From contig NC_086097.1 in assembly GCF_963921235.1 (NCBI RefSeq), forward strand, positions 61,504,001 to 61,568,000: a stretch of 64,000 nt of DNA, in the 5' to 3' direction. This stretch comes from Mobula hypostoma. Lineage: Eukaryota. The notes below the pieces were generated by a model. That model searched no databases. It was not told the origin of the DNA and was given only the letters and a program-made list of their open reading frames with translations. Both the position numbers and the translations under genes were made by a program. Shown here in pieces: positions 1 through 12,400 of this stretch (within the stretch, counting starts at the first letter, position 1; every line of letters begins with the position of its first letter).

Positions 1-136
1 CTAAAAAGAAGGGATCCGTATGCTTCACGACCGCTGGACTAAGTGTGTAAATGTAGGAGGGGACTATGTTGAAAAATAAATGTGTTAGGTTTTCTAAAAT
101 TGACTCCTACCTTAGGCCACGAACTTGTCACCCCCG
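1..136 (+). mobile_element. Mariner transposon 3' end (transposase C-terminus and right TIR), cut by the window edge
   Basis: 5-79 reads KEGIRMLHDRWTKCVNVGGDYVEK*, a typical mariner transposase C-terminus; TIR ...CTTAGGCCACGAACTTGTCACCCCCG followed by TA at 137-138; near-identical inverted copy at 26146-26285. Confidence 0.85.
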
Positions 137-630
137 TATACTTTCTGTTTAAGGCTATTAAAAAGAGATATTTTGCATTACATCACAGTGCAAAAAGCAT
201 CTTTGCTATCTCTTTTCGTGCTCTGTAACACATTCTGAACCTTTATCTTAGGGACTATGAACCAAAAATGCATAATGAATAGGGAAGAATGTCATTATAA
301 ATTCCAACAAAAACAGAAAACAGATTATAATCTGTATACAATGACTTGTTTCTGACTCAAAACCAGCAATAATTGTTCTCCTGATTTTGTCACCAAAATA
401 AAGTATTTATTCTTCTCTTTGTTCATACAAGCATATAATTTCACCATGAGCTAACATAGTTTGGGCACTTACTGCTAAATCCATCCTCTTAAAAATGATG
501 CTTTTGTACAGTAAGAATACTTGGTTCGATCAATTGGTTTCACTCAGCCAACATTGGATACAGTGGTGATAAGTTTTTATATAATTCCTGCTAATCACAA
601 AACAATAAATATGCAAGAATTCAAATTCTC

Positions 631-802
631 GCAACATGTTGGAGGGAGTGAACATGTCAGGCAGCATCTGATGTTCTGATGAAGAGTCTTGGTGAAATGT
701 TGACTGTTCGTTTTCCTTCATAAATGCTTCCTGACCTGCTGAGTTTCTCCAGCATTTTGTGTGTGTGTTGATCCAGATTTCTAGCATCTGCAGAATCTTG
801 TA
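631..802. mobile_element. Miniature palindromic Penelope-like element 3' remnant
   Basis: 631-670 is an imperfect reverse complement of about 722-770; degenerate hammerhead core CTGATGA...GAAATGTT at 676-701; same 3' sequence family as 33891-35650. Confidence 0.65.
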
Positions 803-1531
803 TTTTTAATGTCTTCACCTTTGGTTAGAAATGACATCGAAAAAAATAATTTTATAGAGTCAGTAACAGTAACCATAGAATATCATTATATTAATAGGAT
901 TTTTAAAATTATGTTCTACCATTTGCCCAGTATGATGAATAAATCATTCATAATGGTCTATAACAAGGCTGTTTGCTGCATCCAATGCTTATTAATATTG
1001 AAGTCTATTTTCTTTCTTTGAAATATAGGGTAGCAGAAGTGTGCTTGTAAGCAAAATTTGACAATGTGGCTATCTAGTAAAATGTCTATTATTCCAAAAA
1101 TAAAATATATGAAAATATAGTTTGTTTATATATAGAGTACTGTATTGTTGCTGAATGAAATTTTATCAATTCTCAAAGGCTAATCCAATTTTACTATTTT
1201 ATAGCTGTTATTCACAATGATAGTACTTTTACCACACTGTTTTCAATTCTACTGTTTAGATTTTAGATTAATATATCACAGAATTTTATCATAACACATA
1301 AATCATTGCATAACTATCCCTGCTTCAGGACTGAAGAAAGTACTAAGTTAATAGCAGTTGATCTCAGCAGGTAGCTTATTGTGGACTTGTGCCTGTTTAT
1401 GTGATTAGACAAAAATTTTATTGAATGCATTTACTTCTAGACTTGTGAACATTCAGAACTGCAAAGGGAAATGAATCTGATGATAGCAATAAAATCAGAA
1501 GTTTGATGGGAGTTAAATTGTGTTTTTTTAA

Positions 1532-1945
1532 CCCTTACATACTGTTCAGGTCAAATTTGACTCATTTTGACATTTGATAGTAGTAAAAACACCCTAAATG
1601 CCATTTTTTAAAACTGAAATTTGATAACTTTTACTAAAATGACCCAAAATGTGCAAAAATGAAAATATTTAAAAATGTTATACTTTTGTACAGGTGCTAC
1701 AAGTTTTTGTACATTGAGGCTGTTCCGAGTCAAATTTGACCCGTATCTATTGAAATGGATTTTAGATCTCTGAAACATTAATTAAGGATTAATCACCCAT
1801 TTATTAATGTCAGATAGGCTATTTATACATTCTAAATAGGTCTGTGGTTCAAAATTTGGTATAGACACTTGTTATGAGGGGATTCTTGGGCCGGGTCAAA
1901 ATTGACCATACTGTGAAGGTGTAGAATATGAACAGGTTGCCTGGG
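1532..1945. mobile_element. piggyBac-type non-autonomous DNA transposon (MITE-like)
   Basis: TTAA at 1528-1531 and 1946-1949; CCC...GGG termini with imperfect TIR (CCCTTACATACTGTTCA / TGAACAGGTTGCCTGGG); three internal GGTCAAATTTGACC-like palindromes. Confidence 0.7.
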
Positions 1946-1992
1946 TTAACTGAATCAGAATTAGAATCAGGTTCATTATCACTGGTATATAA

Positions 1993-2390
1993 GGCCATTG
2001 GACCATAATACATAGCAGCTATATTAGGCTATTCATCCTATCAAGTCTGCTCCATCATTATATCATGGTTGATTTATCATCTCTCTCAACTCCATTCTCC
2101 TGCCTTCTCCCTGTAGCCCTTCACACCCTGAAGAACCTATCAACCTCTGCTTTAAATATATTCAATGACTTTGCCTCTACAGTCACCCACGGCAATGAAT
2201 TCCACAGATTCACCACCCTCTGGCTAAAGAAATTTCTCTTTGTCTCTGTTCTAAGTGGATGTCCCTCTAATCTGAGGTTGTGCCTTTTGGTCCTAGGCTC
2301 ACCTGCCCTGGAAAACATCCTCTCCACATCCACTTAATCTGTGCCTTTCAATATTTGATAGGTTTCAATGAGATCCTCCTTCATTCCTGA
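1993..2390 (-). mobile_element. CR1 LINE 3' fragment
   Basis: ORF 2121-2333 (RTKRHNLRL, NFFSQRVVNLWNSLP) is the CR1 ORF2 C-terminus, followed by a CR1-type 3'UTR and tail. Confidence 0.85.
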
Positions 2391-2394
2391 ATTA

Positions 2395-3035
2395 ATTCCC
2401 CTTCTGTACTCACATTGCCTCAGTAGATGAGCCTTCCAGTATGTTCTTTCTGAGTACTGTCATGACTCCCTAATGAGTTATACTATCCTACCCCCTTTAG
2501 TACCTTCTCCTCTTTCATATCTGAAACAATGCAACCCCAGAACATCGAGCTGCCAGTCCTGCCCCTCCTGCAACCAAGTCTTACTGAAGGATACAACATC
2601 ATAATTCCGCATGCTGATTCATGCTGAAGTTCATTTGCCTTGCCTAAAATACTCCTTGCATTGAAATAGATGCATCTCAGAACATTAGCCACACTATGCT
2701 CATCAACCAGTTGATTTCTGACTTTGCTTGTAGGCTTAACATCCATCTCCCCCACTGGCACTCCACTTGTTGCCCTGCCATTCTAGTTCCCTCCCACCTG
2801 CAAACGTGGTTTAACTCCCACTCACAGCAGCACTAGCAAACTTTCCCACTGGGATATTAGTTCTTTTCCAGTTCAGGTACAAACCATCCCTTCTGTACAG
2901 GTACTGTCTGCCTTGAAGAGAGCACAATGATCAAAAAATCTAAAGCTTCCCCTCCTGCATCATCTCCTTAGCCACATGTTAAATTACACTATCTTCCTCT
3001 CTCTTCCACTAACACATGGCATGGGTAGCGATCCA
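2395..3035 (-). mobile_element. CR1 LINE fragment spanning ORF1 end and ORF2 endonuclease start
   Basis: LRCIYFNARSILGKANEL (APE endonuclease start); upstream decayed esterase-type ORF1 end similar to 61800-62035. Confidence 0.75.
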
Positions 3036-3039
3036 GAGA

Positions 3040-3560
3040 GTCATGAAATTTGTTGTTTTGCGGCAGCGGTACATTGCAATGCATAATAATAAAAAAACTG
3101 TAAATTACAATAATCATATATATTTAAAACTTAAATAAGTAGCATAAAAAGAGAAGAAAATAGTGATGTACTGTTCATGGATTCACTGTCCATTCATAAA
3201 TCTGATGGCCGGGGGCAAGAAGCTGAGTGTGTGTTTCAGGCTTCTGCACCTCATCCTTGATGGTAGCAATTAGAGGAGGGCATGCCTTTGGTGATGGGGA
3301 TTTTTATGCTAGATGCCAACTTTTTAAGGCATTGCCTTTTCAAGTTGTCCTGGATGCTGGGGAGATTAGTGTTCATGATGGAGCTGGCTGAGTTTACGAC
3401 TTTCTGCAACTTTTTCTGATCCTGTGCAGTGGACTCTTCGTACCAAATGCTGATGCAAACATTTAGAATGCTCTCCATGGTACATCAGTAGAAATTTGCG
3501 AGTGTCATTGATGACATACCAACTCTCCGCAATCTTCTAATGAAATAGAGTCACTGTCAT
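3040..3560 (-). mobile_element. Rex1/Babar-like LINE 3' fragment
   Basis: ESILNVCISIWY...QDQKKLQKVVNSA, homologous to 56900-57220. Confidence 0.75.
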
Positions 3561-3849
3561 TTTATTTTTAGTTTAGCAATGCTTTAAATAATTTATAGAA
3601 CAAAATAGCAAGTTAACTTTTAAGGAATCCTGTACTAGGACTCCCAAGTACCTTTGTACTTCTGTTGTCCATATACTCCCCTACACGGTACTGTATTCCA
3701 TCTCCAGCAACACACACAAAATGTTGGAGGAACTTAAAAGGACAGATAGCATTTCTTTGCCATCTGCCCCTTCTTTGCCCATTCCCTTATTCTGTCCAAG
3801 TCTTTCTGAGAATCCTTGCTTCCTTGCCCTACCTCCCTCTCCAGAAATA

Positions 3850-4298
3850 AAAGGGTTAAATCTGAGGAGTGTTTGATAGCTCTAGGCCTGCACTCACTTG
3901 ATTTTAGAAGAATGAGGAAGTGATCTCATGAAACCTACTGAATATTGAAAGGCGTGGGCTGGCAGAGGTTATAGGTCATTTCAATAGTGAGGGAGTCTAG
4001 GACCATAAAGCACAGCCTCAGAATATAAGGCTGTCCTTTTAGAACAGTGATTAGGAGGAATTTTGTTAGCCAAAGGGTGGTGAATCTTTGGAATCTATTG
4101 CTACAGACCTTTGGAGGTTAAGTCATTGAGTATATTTAAGGAGGAATTTGATAGGTTCTTGATGAGTAATGATGCCAAAAGTTATGGAGAGAAGGCAGCA
4201 AAATGGGTTGAGAGAGAAAATAAATTAGCCATCTTGAATGGTGCTGCAGACTTGATAGACTGAAGGAACAGAATTAGGTCATATGGTCCTAAGGTCTT
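3850..4298 (+). mobile_element. CR1 LINE 3' fragment (decayed)
   Basis: Nucleotide similarity to the CR1 3' end at 14990-15427. Confidence 0.75.
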
Positions 4299-5429
4299 AA
4301 AAAAGGGCTATGCTGTCAGATATCAATTATAAGTTCCTTAAAGTACTTACCAAAAATATAGCAATAAATAATTTTTCTTGAAACAATTATACTATACTTA
4401 AACATTTATTACACACTTTATGACCAAGAAAAAATGATATGAATTGATGACAACTTTTATTAAATTACCAAACCATTTTATTGTTTAACATTACTGAAAT
4501 ATTAAAGTGCTCTTAAATACCTTCTGCTGAGTCTGTGTTTCTGAAAGGAACAAGTTTTAAGCACAACTTAGACGTTCAGTCAACTAACTCCAGTTGCAGA
4601 CATTAAAATATCCAACATCCATAAAAATTCCTTTCATTGGAAATAAGATATTAAATTATTAAATATTTTATATCCCCTTATATTAGCAATCTTCTCTTGA
4701 CTCTTCTTCACTTATCAGTTGTATCTCCCATTGGCCCTGATTTTACAGACATGGGTCTGCTGAACATGCTCACACACTTTGTTCTCCAGTCCTCCAAACC
4801 TATTTTTTAGATATGAATCTGTTGCCCGTACTCGCAGACTTGAATCTCCACACCTTCAAACCTAATTTGACCAGAACCAGAAATCTGGTCTTGTTTGTTC
4901 AGACATTCTCAGAGTCATGTAGTAAAGCTTTAAATGACATAACAGAGAAATGTTAACTGGACAAAGTAATTACCTACAGTATAAACACTTTGATAGGTGG
5001 CTATGCATTGCCTTATCAAATCAGCTAAGAAACTTAAATAATTCTGAATGAATTTAACATAAAAGGTCTATTAAATGATCCCATAGTACGATAAGATGGA
5101 CTCTTGACCTCACAATCTACCTCATTATGGCTTTGCATCTTATTGTCTGACAGCACTGTACTTTCTCTGTAATTCCCACATTTCGCTGTGCGGTCCCTGG
5201 TGCTACATCAATGCGCTGCTGTAATGAAATGATCCGTATGGATGGCATGCAAAACAATATTTTTCATTGTGCCTCAATACATGTGGTAATAATAAGCCAA
5301 ATTACTAAAATAATAAACAAAAATTAACTGAAAAAACTCAGCTAATCAAAAACTTAAAAACAAAATACTTAACAGAGAATGTTACCTCCTTCGTTTTCCC
5401 ATTTTCTTCTCCACTTTCTTTGAATCTCC

Positions 5430-5765
5430 TGGACAGATTGGACATGGAGATGATGTTTTCAGTAGAGGGAGACTCTAGAACCAGAGGGCAGAGCCCGGGA
5501 ATAGAAGTACGTCACTTTAAAACAGAGATGAAAGTAATTCTTTTAGTCAGAGGGTGGTGAATCTGTGGAATCCATTGCCAAAGATGACTGTGGAGGCAGT
5601 CATTAGGAATATTGAAAGCAGATGTTGATTAGTAAAGATGTCAAAGGTTATGGGGAGAAGGCAGAAGAATGGGGTTGAAAGGGAAAATAAATCAGACATG
5701 ATTGAATGGCTGAGTAAACTCAATAGGCTAAATGGCTTGGTTCTGCTCCCATATTTTATGATTCT
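5430..5765 (+). mobile_element. CR1 LINE 3' fragment
   Basis: CAGAGGGTGGTGAATCTGTGGAAT core and CR1 3'UTR. Confidence 0.8.
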
Positions 5766-7729
5766 ATTCCTTTTTGATTGACTATGTCATGTTTCTCCTT
5801 ATGCATTCTGTTTGATGGAGAACGCACAGTAAGCTGTGGATTTCCACATTCATGCAGGAATGCTGAATTGATGCAGTTTCCCAGTATCATAAGATTCATG
5901 CTTTACAAGTATGTCCTGCATTTTTCAATTAAATGTCTTTTCTACAAAGTCATGAGATTAACAAATCTATTCTAATCAAAATAATATTCATATGTGAGCT
6001 CCATTTCTGACTTTCTTCAGAAACACAGACATCTAACCCTGCATTGCAATGTGCCAGACATCATATTAAAAGATATTCAGTTTCATTCCACTTTGTATGA
6101 TGTGAGTGCATTGCAAATTACTTAGCAGTTAATAATGGCCTCCTTGAAATGTTGTCTCTGCTCTAAAATGGGATCTACAGTACAGCAAGCTCCCTTACAG
6201 AGAAATCAAAGAAACATGAAAATAATCCCAAAAAATTAATGACTTGGAAAGATGCCGTGCAGCCCATTGTGTCTGTCCTGGTTAAACAAGAACTGCCCAA
6301 CTACCTTCTCATGCTAAATCCATGACCATGGCTCTTCAAATATGTACTAAACTGCTTTTTAAATATGACAATGGCTTCTCTCTGACAGTCAGTTGAGACC
6401 ACTACTGCATTATGAGTAAAAATAATTCCTCATCTCCCCTCTAATCCTTCTACCATTTACTATAAAACTATTACCCTTGTATTTTGATTCTATGCTGAGA
6501 GAAAATAGCTTCTTCCTATTCACTCTACTGTATTTGGGCCTCTCATACATTTTCCATACCATTAAAGTTTCCCTTTAGCTTCTATTTTCCAAATAATACA
6601 CTCTCACTTATCCAATATTTTACATTTAGCCAAAATCTTGCAGTCCAGGCTTCACCTTTGTCAAGCTTTACTCTACACTTTTAGTGAGACAATATTTTTG
6701 TGATGCAGTGACCAGGGCTGTGGCCAATCGAATGTTTTATATTATCATAATTTCTCTATTCTTATGCTTTATGCCTTGGTTAATAAATGGGGGAAAAAGG
6801 TTAGTATACCTCTTTTAACACCAATCCTGTCTCCCATATGTTTTAGAATTTGTGAACAAACTATTCAAGGTCCCTATGATTGGCCACATACCTGTCCATG
6901 CTTTGGACATTCCCCTACTTTGATACTTCTTCCACATTGTTTTCTGGATTCAATTATATTTGTCACTTTTCTGTTCAATCATTTGAGATTGATTCAAGTA
7001 TCTATTATCCATAAACTTTTGCCACATAACTTATATTTTGTCAATTTAAAAACAGCATGCTAAAAGCCAGAAACGCATTCACATTTTTTTTTTTTTTGCA
7101 ATGACTTTGATTGGATAATGAACATTCTGCTCTTTTGTACATGGACTTTCCGTTCATGGATCCACTGTAATAACTTCAGGTACTTTGGCTTACTCTAATT
7201 GTGTCGCACTCATGGTCATAAGATGTTGAATTTTGCTCTCAGAACACATATGGTGAAGACTTCATACATAGCAATCTAATAATTTACTACGAGTTTCTAG
7301 ATAATGATAATGAGTTTCTAGATATTGATCTCAACAGATATAAGGTTCTCTCCACTGATTGTTTGCTCAATGAGTTCAGTAACTTTGTATTCATGATATT
7401 TAGTGCAATGACTTTCTACACATAAGATTCCCTGGCAGTAGAAGTTCTGGATAATGATTACCTACATGTAGATTTCTTTTTGCATTATCTTTCTGCACCT
7501 GGAATTCTCTCTGTATGAAGACCTTCTACACTTGGGCTTCTCTGAGCATTATTTTCCTACATCTGGTTGAAATCCAACTGTTTAGTACCGTCTAAATCCA
7601 AATCCTTCGACAACTGCAACGGCTACTGCACAGATTAAATGATTTGCGCAAATATAATTCCCAGCAGAAAACTGTAACGTGCTAGAGTGAATCTCTATGA
7701 ATCACTTTTTGGCTCTCTGATTGAATATG

Positions 7730-7900
7730 TCAGCCTTGCCTCAGTAGGCACATCTTTGCCTTTGAATTGGAAGGTTATGGATTCAAGTTCTTCTTCAAAA
7801 GCTTGCATGTAAGATTGAAGCTAGCTCATCAATATTGTACAGAGGGAATCCTGCACCGTTAGTCATTGAATGATACATTACACTGATGCTCCTGTCTTTC
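7730..7900 (+). mobile_element. DeuSINE-type (SacSINE1-like) SINE, tRNA head and start of body, decayed
   Basis: Degenerate A/B boxes (GCCTCAGTAGG, GGATTCAAGTTC) followed by CAGAGGGAATCCTGCACCG shared with 39085-39105. Confidence 0.5.
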
Positions 7901-7904
7901 CTTT

Positions 7905-8262
7905 AAAGTTCAAAGTAAATTTATTATCAAAGTACATATATGTCACCAGATACAAAACTGAGATTCATTTTCTTGTGGGCGTACTCAATAAATCCATAAT
8001 CGAGCAACAACCATAATAGAATCAATGAAAGGCTGCTCCAATTTGAGCGTTCAACCAGTGTGCAAATACACAAAGCACTCTCCAAATACAATAAATGAAA
8101 TAACAATAATAATAAATATATAAAAAATAAATATTGAGAACATGAGATGAAGAGTCTTGAAAGTTGTGGGAATATTTCAATAACAGGGCAAGTGAAGTTG
8201 AGAGGTTATTCCCTTTGGTTTAAGAGCCTGATAGTTGAGGGGTAATAACTGTTCTTGAACCT
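7905..8262 (-). mobile_element. Rex1/Babar-like LINE 3'UTR fragment
   Basis: AATAAA plus TTTGAAC-type tail on minus strand; related copies at about 11475-11530 and 52010-52260. Confidence 0.55.
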
Positions 8263-8386
8263 TTCAAAAGGCCTGGAAAGTCCTGTTCTAGAATTTCTCC
8301 AACATCTGAAAAGGTACATTAAAAAGTTTTTGCATGCTGGCGAGGGCAAACCTACTACTAAAGAAGAATGTACATGTCACATGTAC

Positions 8387-9928
8387 TCGTTTGATGTTGT
8401 GGTGTTCACCGAACTTGACAATTAGCTTGCAAGTGTTTCATCACCAGTCAAGGTAACATCCTTGATGCGCAGCTGTTGGTGTTTCTCTCTGGGAGAGCTC
8501 ACATTTATATAGCCCCCCCCACCAATCACTTGTCTTGGTCCTGATCAGCTACCCCTTCATTTGGCCTTTCATTTTGATCGACTCATGTTTCTTTGGCTCG
8601 TAGAAGTTTGTAGATGGCATCAATTTTGATATGTTTATTTACAGAGTTATCTGAGCAGAACTACACTTCTAAAAATTCTCATGCTTGCCTCGTGCTTGCC
8701 CGCACCAGAACCTCCATGCTGTCCTAGTTAAACTGGTGTCCTTCTTGGTCTTTATGTACTGAGATCAGCGACAATGGATCATGTATCAGTGCCACCAGTT
8801 TTTATTTCTGTAAATGAGTCGAGAGTTTATGTCCTGCATAGTTCTTGGTGCAGTCTCCACACATGATCCTGTACGCCACATTGCTTTTTTGTTGGTTGTC
8901 TTTATCAGTAGCTTGGTTCTTGAGGTAAGCTTCCTTAAAGTCACTGTTTGGTTTGTGTGCTATTGTGATGCCATGAGGTTTGAGTAGTCGAGCTATCATT
9001 TCTGATATATTCTTGATGAAGGATGAGGGGGATCTGTTTGAAACATATAAGATTATTAGGGGATTGGACAAGCTAGAGGCAGGAAACATGTTCCCGATGT
9101 TGGGAGAGTCCAGAACCAGAGGCCACAGTTTAAGAATAAGGGGTAGACAATTTAGAACGGAGTTAAGGAAAAACTTTTTCACGCAGAGGGTTGTGGTTCT
9201 GTAGAATGCTCTACCTCAGAAGGCAGTGGAGGCCAATTCTGTGGATTCTTTCAAAAAAAGAGTTAGATAGAGCTCTTAAAGATAATGGAGTGAAGGGATA
9301 TGGGGAGAAGGCAGGAAAAGGGTACTGATTGTGGATGATCAGCCATGATCACAGTGAATGGTGGTGCTGGCTCGATGGGCTGAATGGCCTACTCCTGCAC
9401 CTATTGTCTATTGATATAGGGCAAGGTTGCCCTGAAATGGCAGCTCAACTGCTCGAACCACAAAAATGATGTTTTGTACAGGATCACGTGTGGAGATTGC
9501 CACAAGAACTATGTAGGCCAGTCAGGACATAAACTCTCAACTCATTTACAGGAACACAGACTGGACACCATGGAGGTTCTGGTGCAGGCAAACATGAGGC
9601 AGGCACGAGAATTTTTAGAAGCATGGCTCTCTTCTGATAACTCCATAAGCAAACATATCAAAATCGATGCCATCTATGAACTCCTAAGAGCCAAAGAAAA
9701 AGGAGCCAATAGAATACGAAGGTCCACCTTAGGGCTAACCGTTCAAGAGTGAGGCAAAAGAATGGAGGGGCTGTATAAATGCCAGCTGTCCCAGAGAGAA
9801 ACACCAATAGCTGTGCATTGAGGATGTCTCCTTGACTGGTGATTAAACGTCTGCTGGCTAATTGCCAAGCTCGGTGAACACTGCAACATCAAACGCCTCA
9901 ACATGAGCTACCAATACTCACCACCATT
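8387..9928. mobile_element. Palindromic Penelope-like element (family B, GIY-YIG) with nested CR1
   Basis: GIY-YIG remnants on both strands (NVAYRIMCGDCTKNY on minus; YRITCGDCHKNYVGQS...AREFLEAW on plus); 8388-8520 inverted vs 9765-9895; candidate TSD TCACATGTAC 8377-8386 / TCACATGCAC 9929-9938. Confidence 0.8.
9018..9410 (+). mobile_element. CR1 LINE 3' fragment inserted into the PLE
   Basis: GDLFETYKIIRGLD...NFFTQRVV; splits the PLE reading frame ATLPY|IKNISE; TTGAT repeated at 9013-9017 and 9411-9415. Confidence 0.9.
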
Positions 9929-10697
9929 TCACATGCACATCAAAACATCGATGTTTCGCCATGCTTCCAGTGCCAACATAACAAGATACAAAAGCATCTG
10001 AGAACGAGTGAATTGTGTGTTAAAGAAGTTCTTGCATACTTAGTTGTCTTTTCTCCATGATTTCCACCAATAGAAACTGATTAGTTCTGATCTTGGATCA
10101 CGTGGAGTGAATCTAAGTGGAAAGACCAAGATTTCCTTTGGTTGCAGAGGGAAAAAATAGATCTGGGAACATATAGATCATGTTAAGACAATTTGAAGAC
10201 CAAATATAGCTGTGGTAGTGAAGAACTGTAGCTTTGATCAGTTAGAGTGAGGGACTTGTTTGTAATCGGATTAGAGGAGTGGCATTGTGATTGCAGTTAG
10301 TGGGTAAAATACAGAGCCCTCAACAGGCACAGGTTTCTAATTTAAAGACAATCTTCCTAAAGAAGGTTTGTAGCAACAGATTTCTCGAGGTGTTAACTAC
10401 TCTGAAAAATACTCTTAAACTGGAATTATAGCAGGCTTCAACTGGCATAAAGAGCCTCACATTGGCTTTGATCATCCCTATACCACTCACATATGGACCA
10501 GAAACATGGAAGTAGTACCCAGACTTGAGGTGGATGCTGCTCGAGACACTGAGCATGTCCAATTGCCTCAGTGAAGAAGGAAAATCAATATTAAAGAAAA
10601 CAGTTTGATAAACAGAATTTTGCTTTCAAAATATTTTAACAAAAATTGTATCACTTAATACACATAATTAATGCACTGTCTGATGCAATATCTAAAC

Positions 10698-11312
10698 GGT
10701 GGGAGGAGAAGATGGCACAGCGCCGCACGTGCGCAACTCTCCGGTGAAAAATGATGTCGTACCTGTTAAATAGGGGCCGTGGACAATTCTGATTTGATGG
10801 AGGATGGACGTGAAATCACAGAGGAACATCTGGAGAAATTTCTGAAACGCCTGTCCGCTGCTGTCGTTACTGTGTGGTCGGGAATCTTTCAGAGGATAGG
10901 CCTCAAAATCCCCGGCCTTACCTGCTTTTGGCGACCAAGAAAGAGGTCGAATCACTCAGACAGAGATGGCGCTCAGTACTTGGTGTCGGAGAGCTGATCA
11001 GAGCTCGAAGTTTTCGGATGATTCAGAGTCGGATTGTGGTTGGCATGGCAGGAAGAGTTTTTCTTCCCTCTCCCGTTTGCGTGAAATGTGGGATACTTGA
11101 GAAACTTTGAACTTTACTGTGCTCACGAACTTTCTTCATCAAGTTATGGTATTGTGCAGTGTTGTAACTATATGTATAATTATGTGGTTTTGTTAGTTTT
11201 TTCAGTCTTGGTTTGTCCTGTGTTTTGTGATATCACACTGGAGGAAATAATGTATCATTTCTTAATGCATGCATTACTAAATGACAATAAAAAGGGACTA
11301 TGTGTCTTCATA
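10698..11312 (+). mobile_element. Full-length non-autonomous retroelement (about 615 bp) with LINE-like 3' end
   Basis: Flanking direct repeat ATCTAAAC at 10690-10697 and 11313-11320; CpG-rich head starting with AAGATGGC; AATAAA at 11286-11291 near the end; no recognisable coding content. Confidence 0.65.
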
Positions 11313-11414
11313 ATCTAAACCTCTGTGCAGTAATCCATAGGAGAGTCAGGGAGTTTTCCTCAAAGGGTGGCAGAAGCAAATTCCTTGCCTATTTTTGACT
11401 TCATATTGAAGATA

Positions 11415-12400
11415 CAAGTTCAAAAATTGTTTGATGTTATTTCCTGTACACGTGTAAAGGAGAAGAAAATAATTCAAAGTTCAAAGTAAATTTATTATCG
11501 AAGTACATATAAATCACCATATACAATCCCAAAATTTGTAGTTTATATACGTAGATTGATTGTATGTCCATAAAGTGATGCTAGTGTCTGTACATATGGT
11601 GACTGACAGGAAATGATAAAATTGCGGTGGTTGAGGGTTTGGAGGTGGGGGGGGTGGTGTTGCTGGGTTCAGATGTTGATCAACCTTACTGCTTGGGGAA
11701 AGTATCTGTTTTTGAGTCTGGTGGTCCTGGCATGGATGCTATGTAGCCTCCTCCCTGATGGGAGTGGGACAACGATCTATTAGCAGGGTGAGTGGGATCG
11801 CTTATGATGTTACTGGTCCTTTTCCATCACATTTCTATATACACTATACATCCTTGATGGTGGGTAGACTGGAGCCTCCCTCCCTGCTGCAGTGCAGTTT
11901 CCATATGAAGCAGACATGCTGCTTGTTAGCATGCTCTCTACGGAGCATCTATAGAGTAACTTGAATATAGATGTACATAATCCGACTCTCTTTAACCTCC
12001 TCAGAATGTAAGGGCATCTTTGAGCTTTCTTGACTGTGCAGGATGTGTTCAGGGAGCAGGAGAGGTTGTGTGAGATGAACACTCGCAGGAGAATGAAGCT
12101 GTGCTGCTGATGGAGAGGCAAGTGTGAGAGGTGTGGGTTCTCCTGACATCAATAACCAGCTCCTTTGTATTGCTGACATTAAGGAAGATGTTATTTGTCT
12201 GATACCAGGCCTTGAGCTCTTCCACCTCCTCTCTGTAAGCCCTCTATTCACTGCTGATGATGAGCCCCTCCACCGTCGTGTCATTAGCGAACTTGACAAT
12301 GTGATTACTCGGGTGTTTGGCTGTGCCGTCATGTGTGAGCAGAGTGTACATCAATAGGCTCAGCATACAGCCCCGGGGGCCCCCGTTTTGAGGGTGATGG
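11415..12400 (-). mobile_element. Rex1/Babar-like LINE 3' portion (RT C-terminal half)
   Basis: VKKAQRCPYILRRLKR...YRCSVESMLT; upstream KFANDTTV-like RT motif in a shifted frame. Confidence 0.8.

Noticed and set aside
4521-4540. Possible 20-nt minus-strand microexon (TTCCTTTCAG acceptor, GTATTT donor)
   Set aside because: Splice-like signals alone, weak donor, not frame-preserving and no partner exons found
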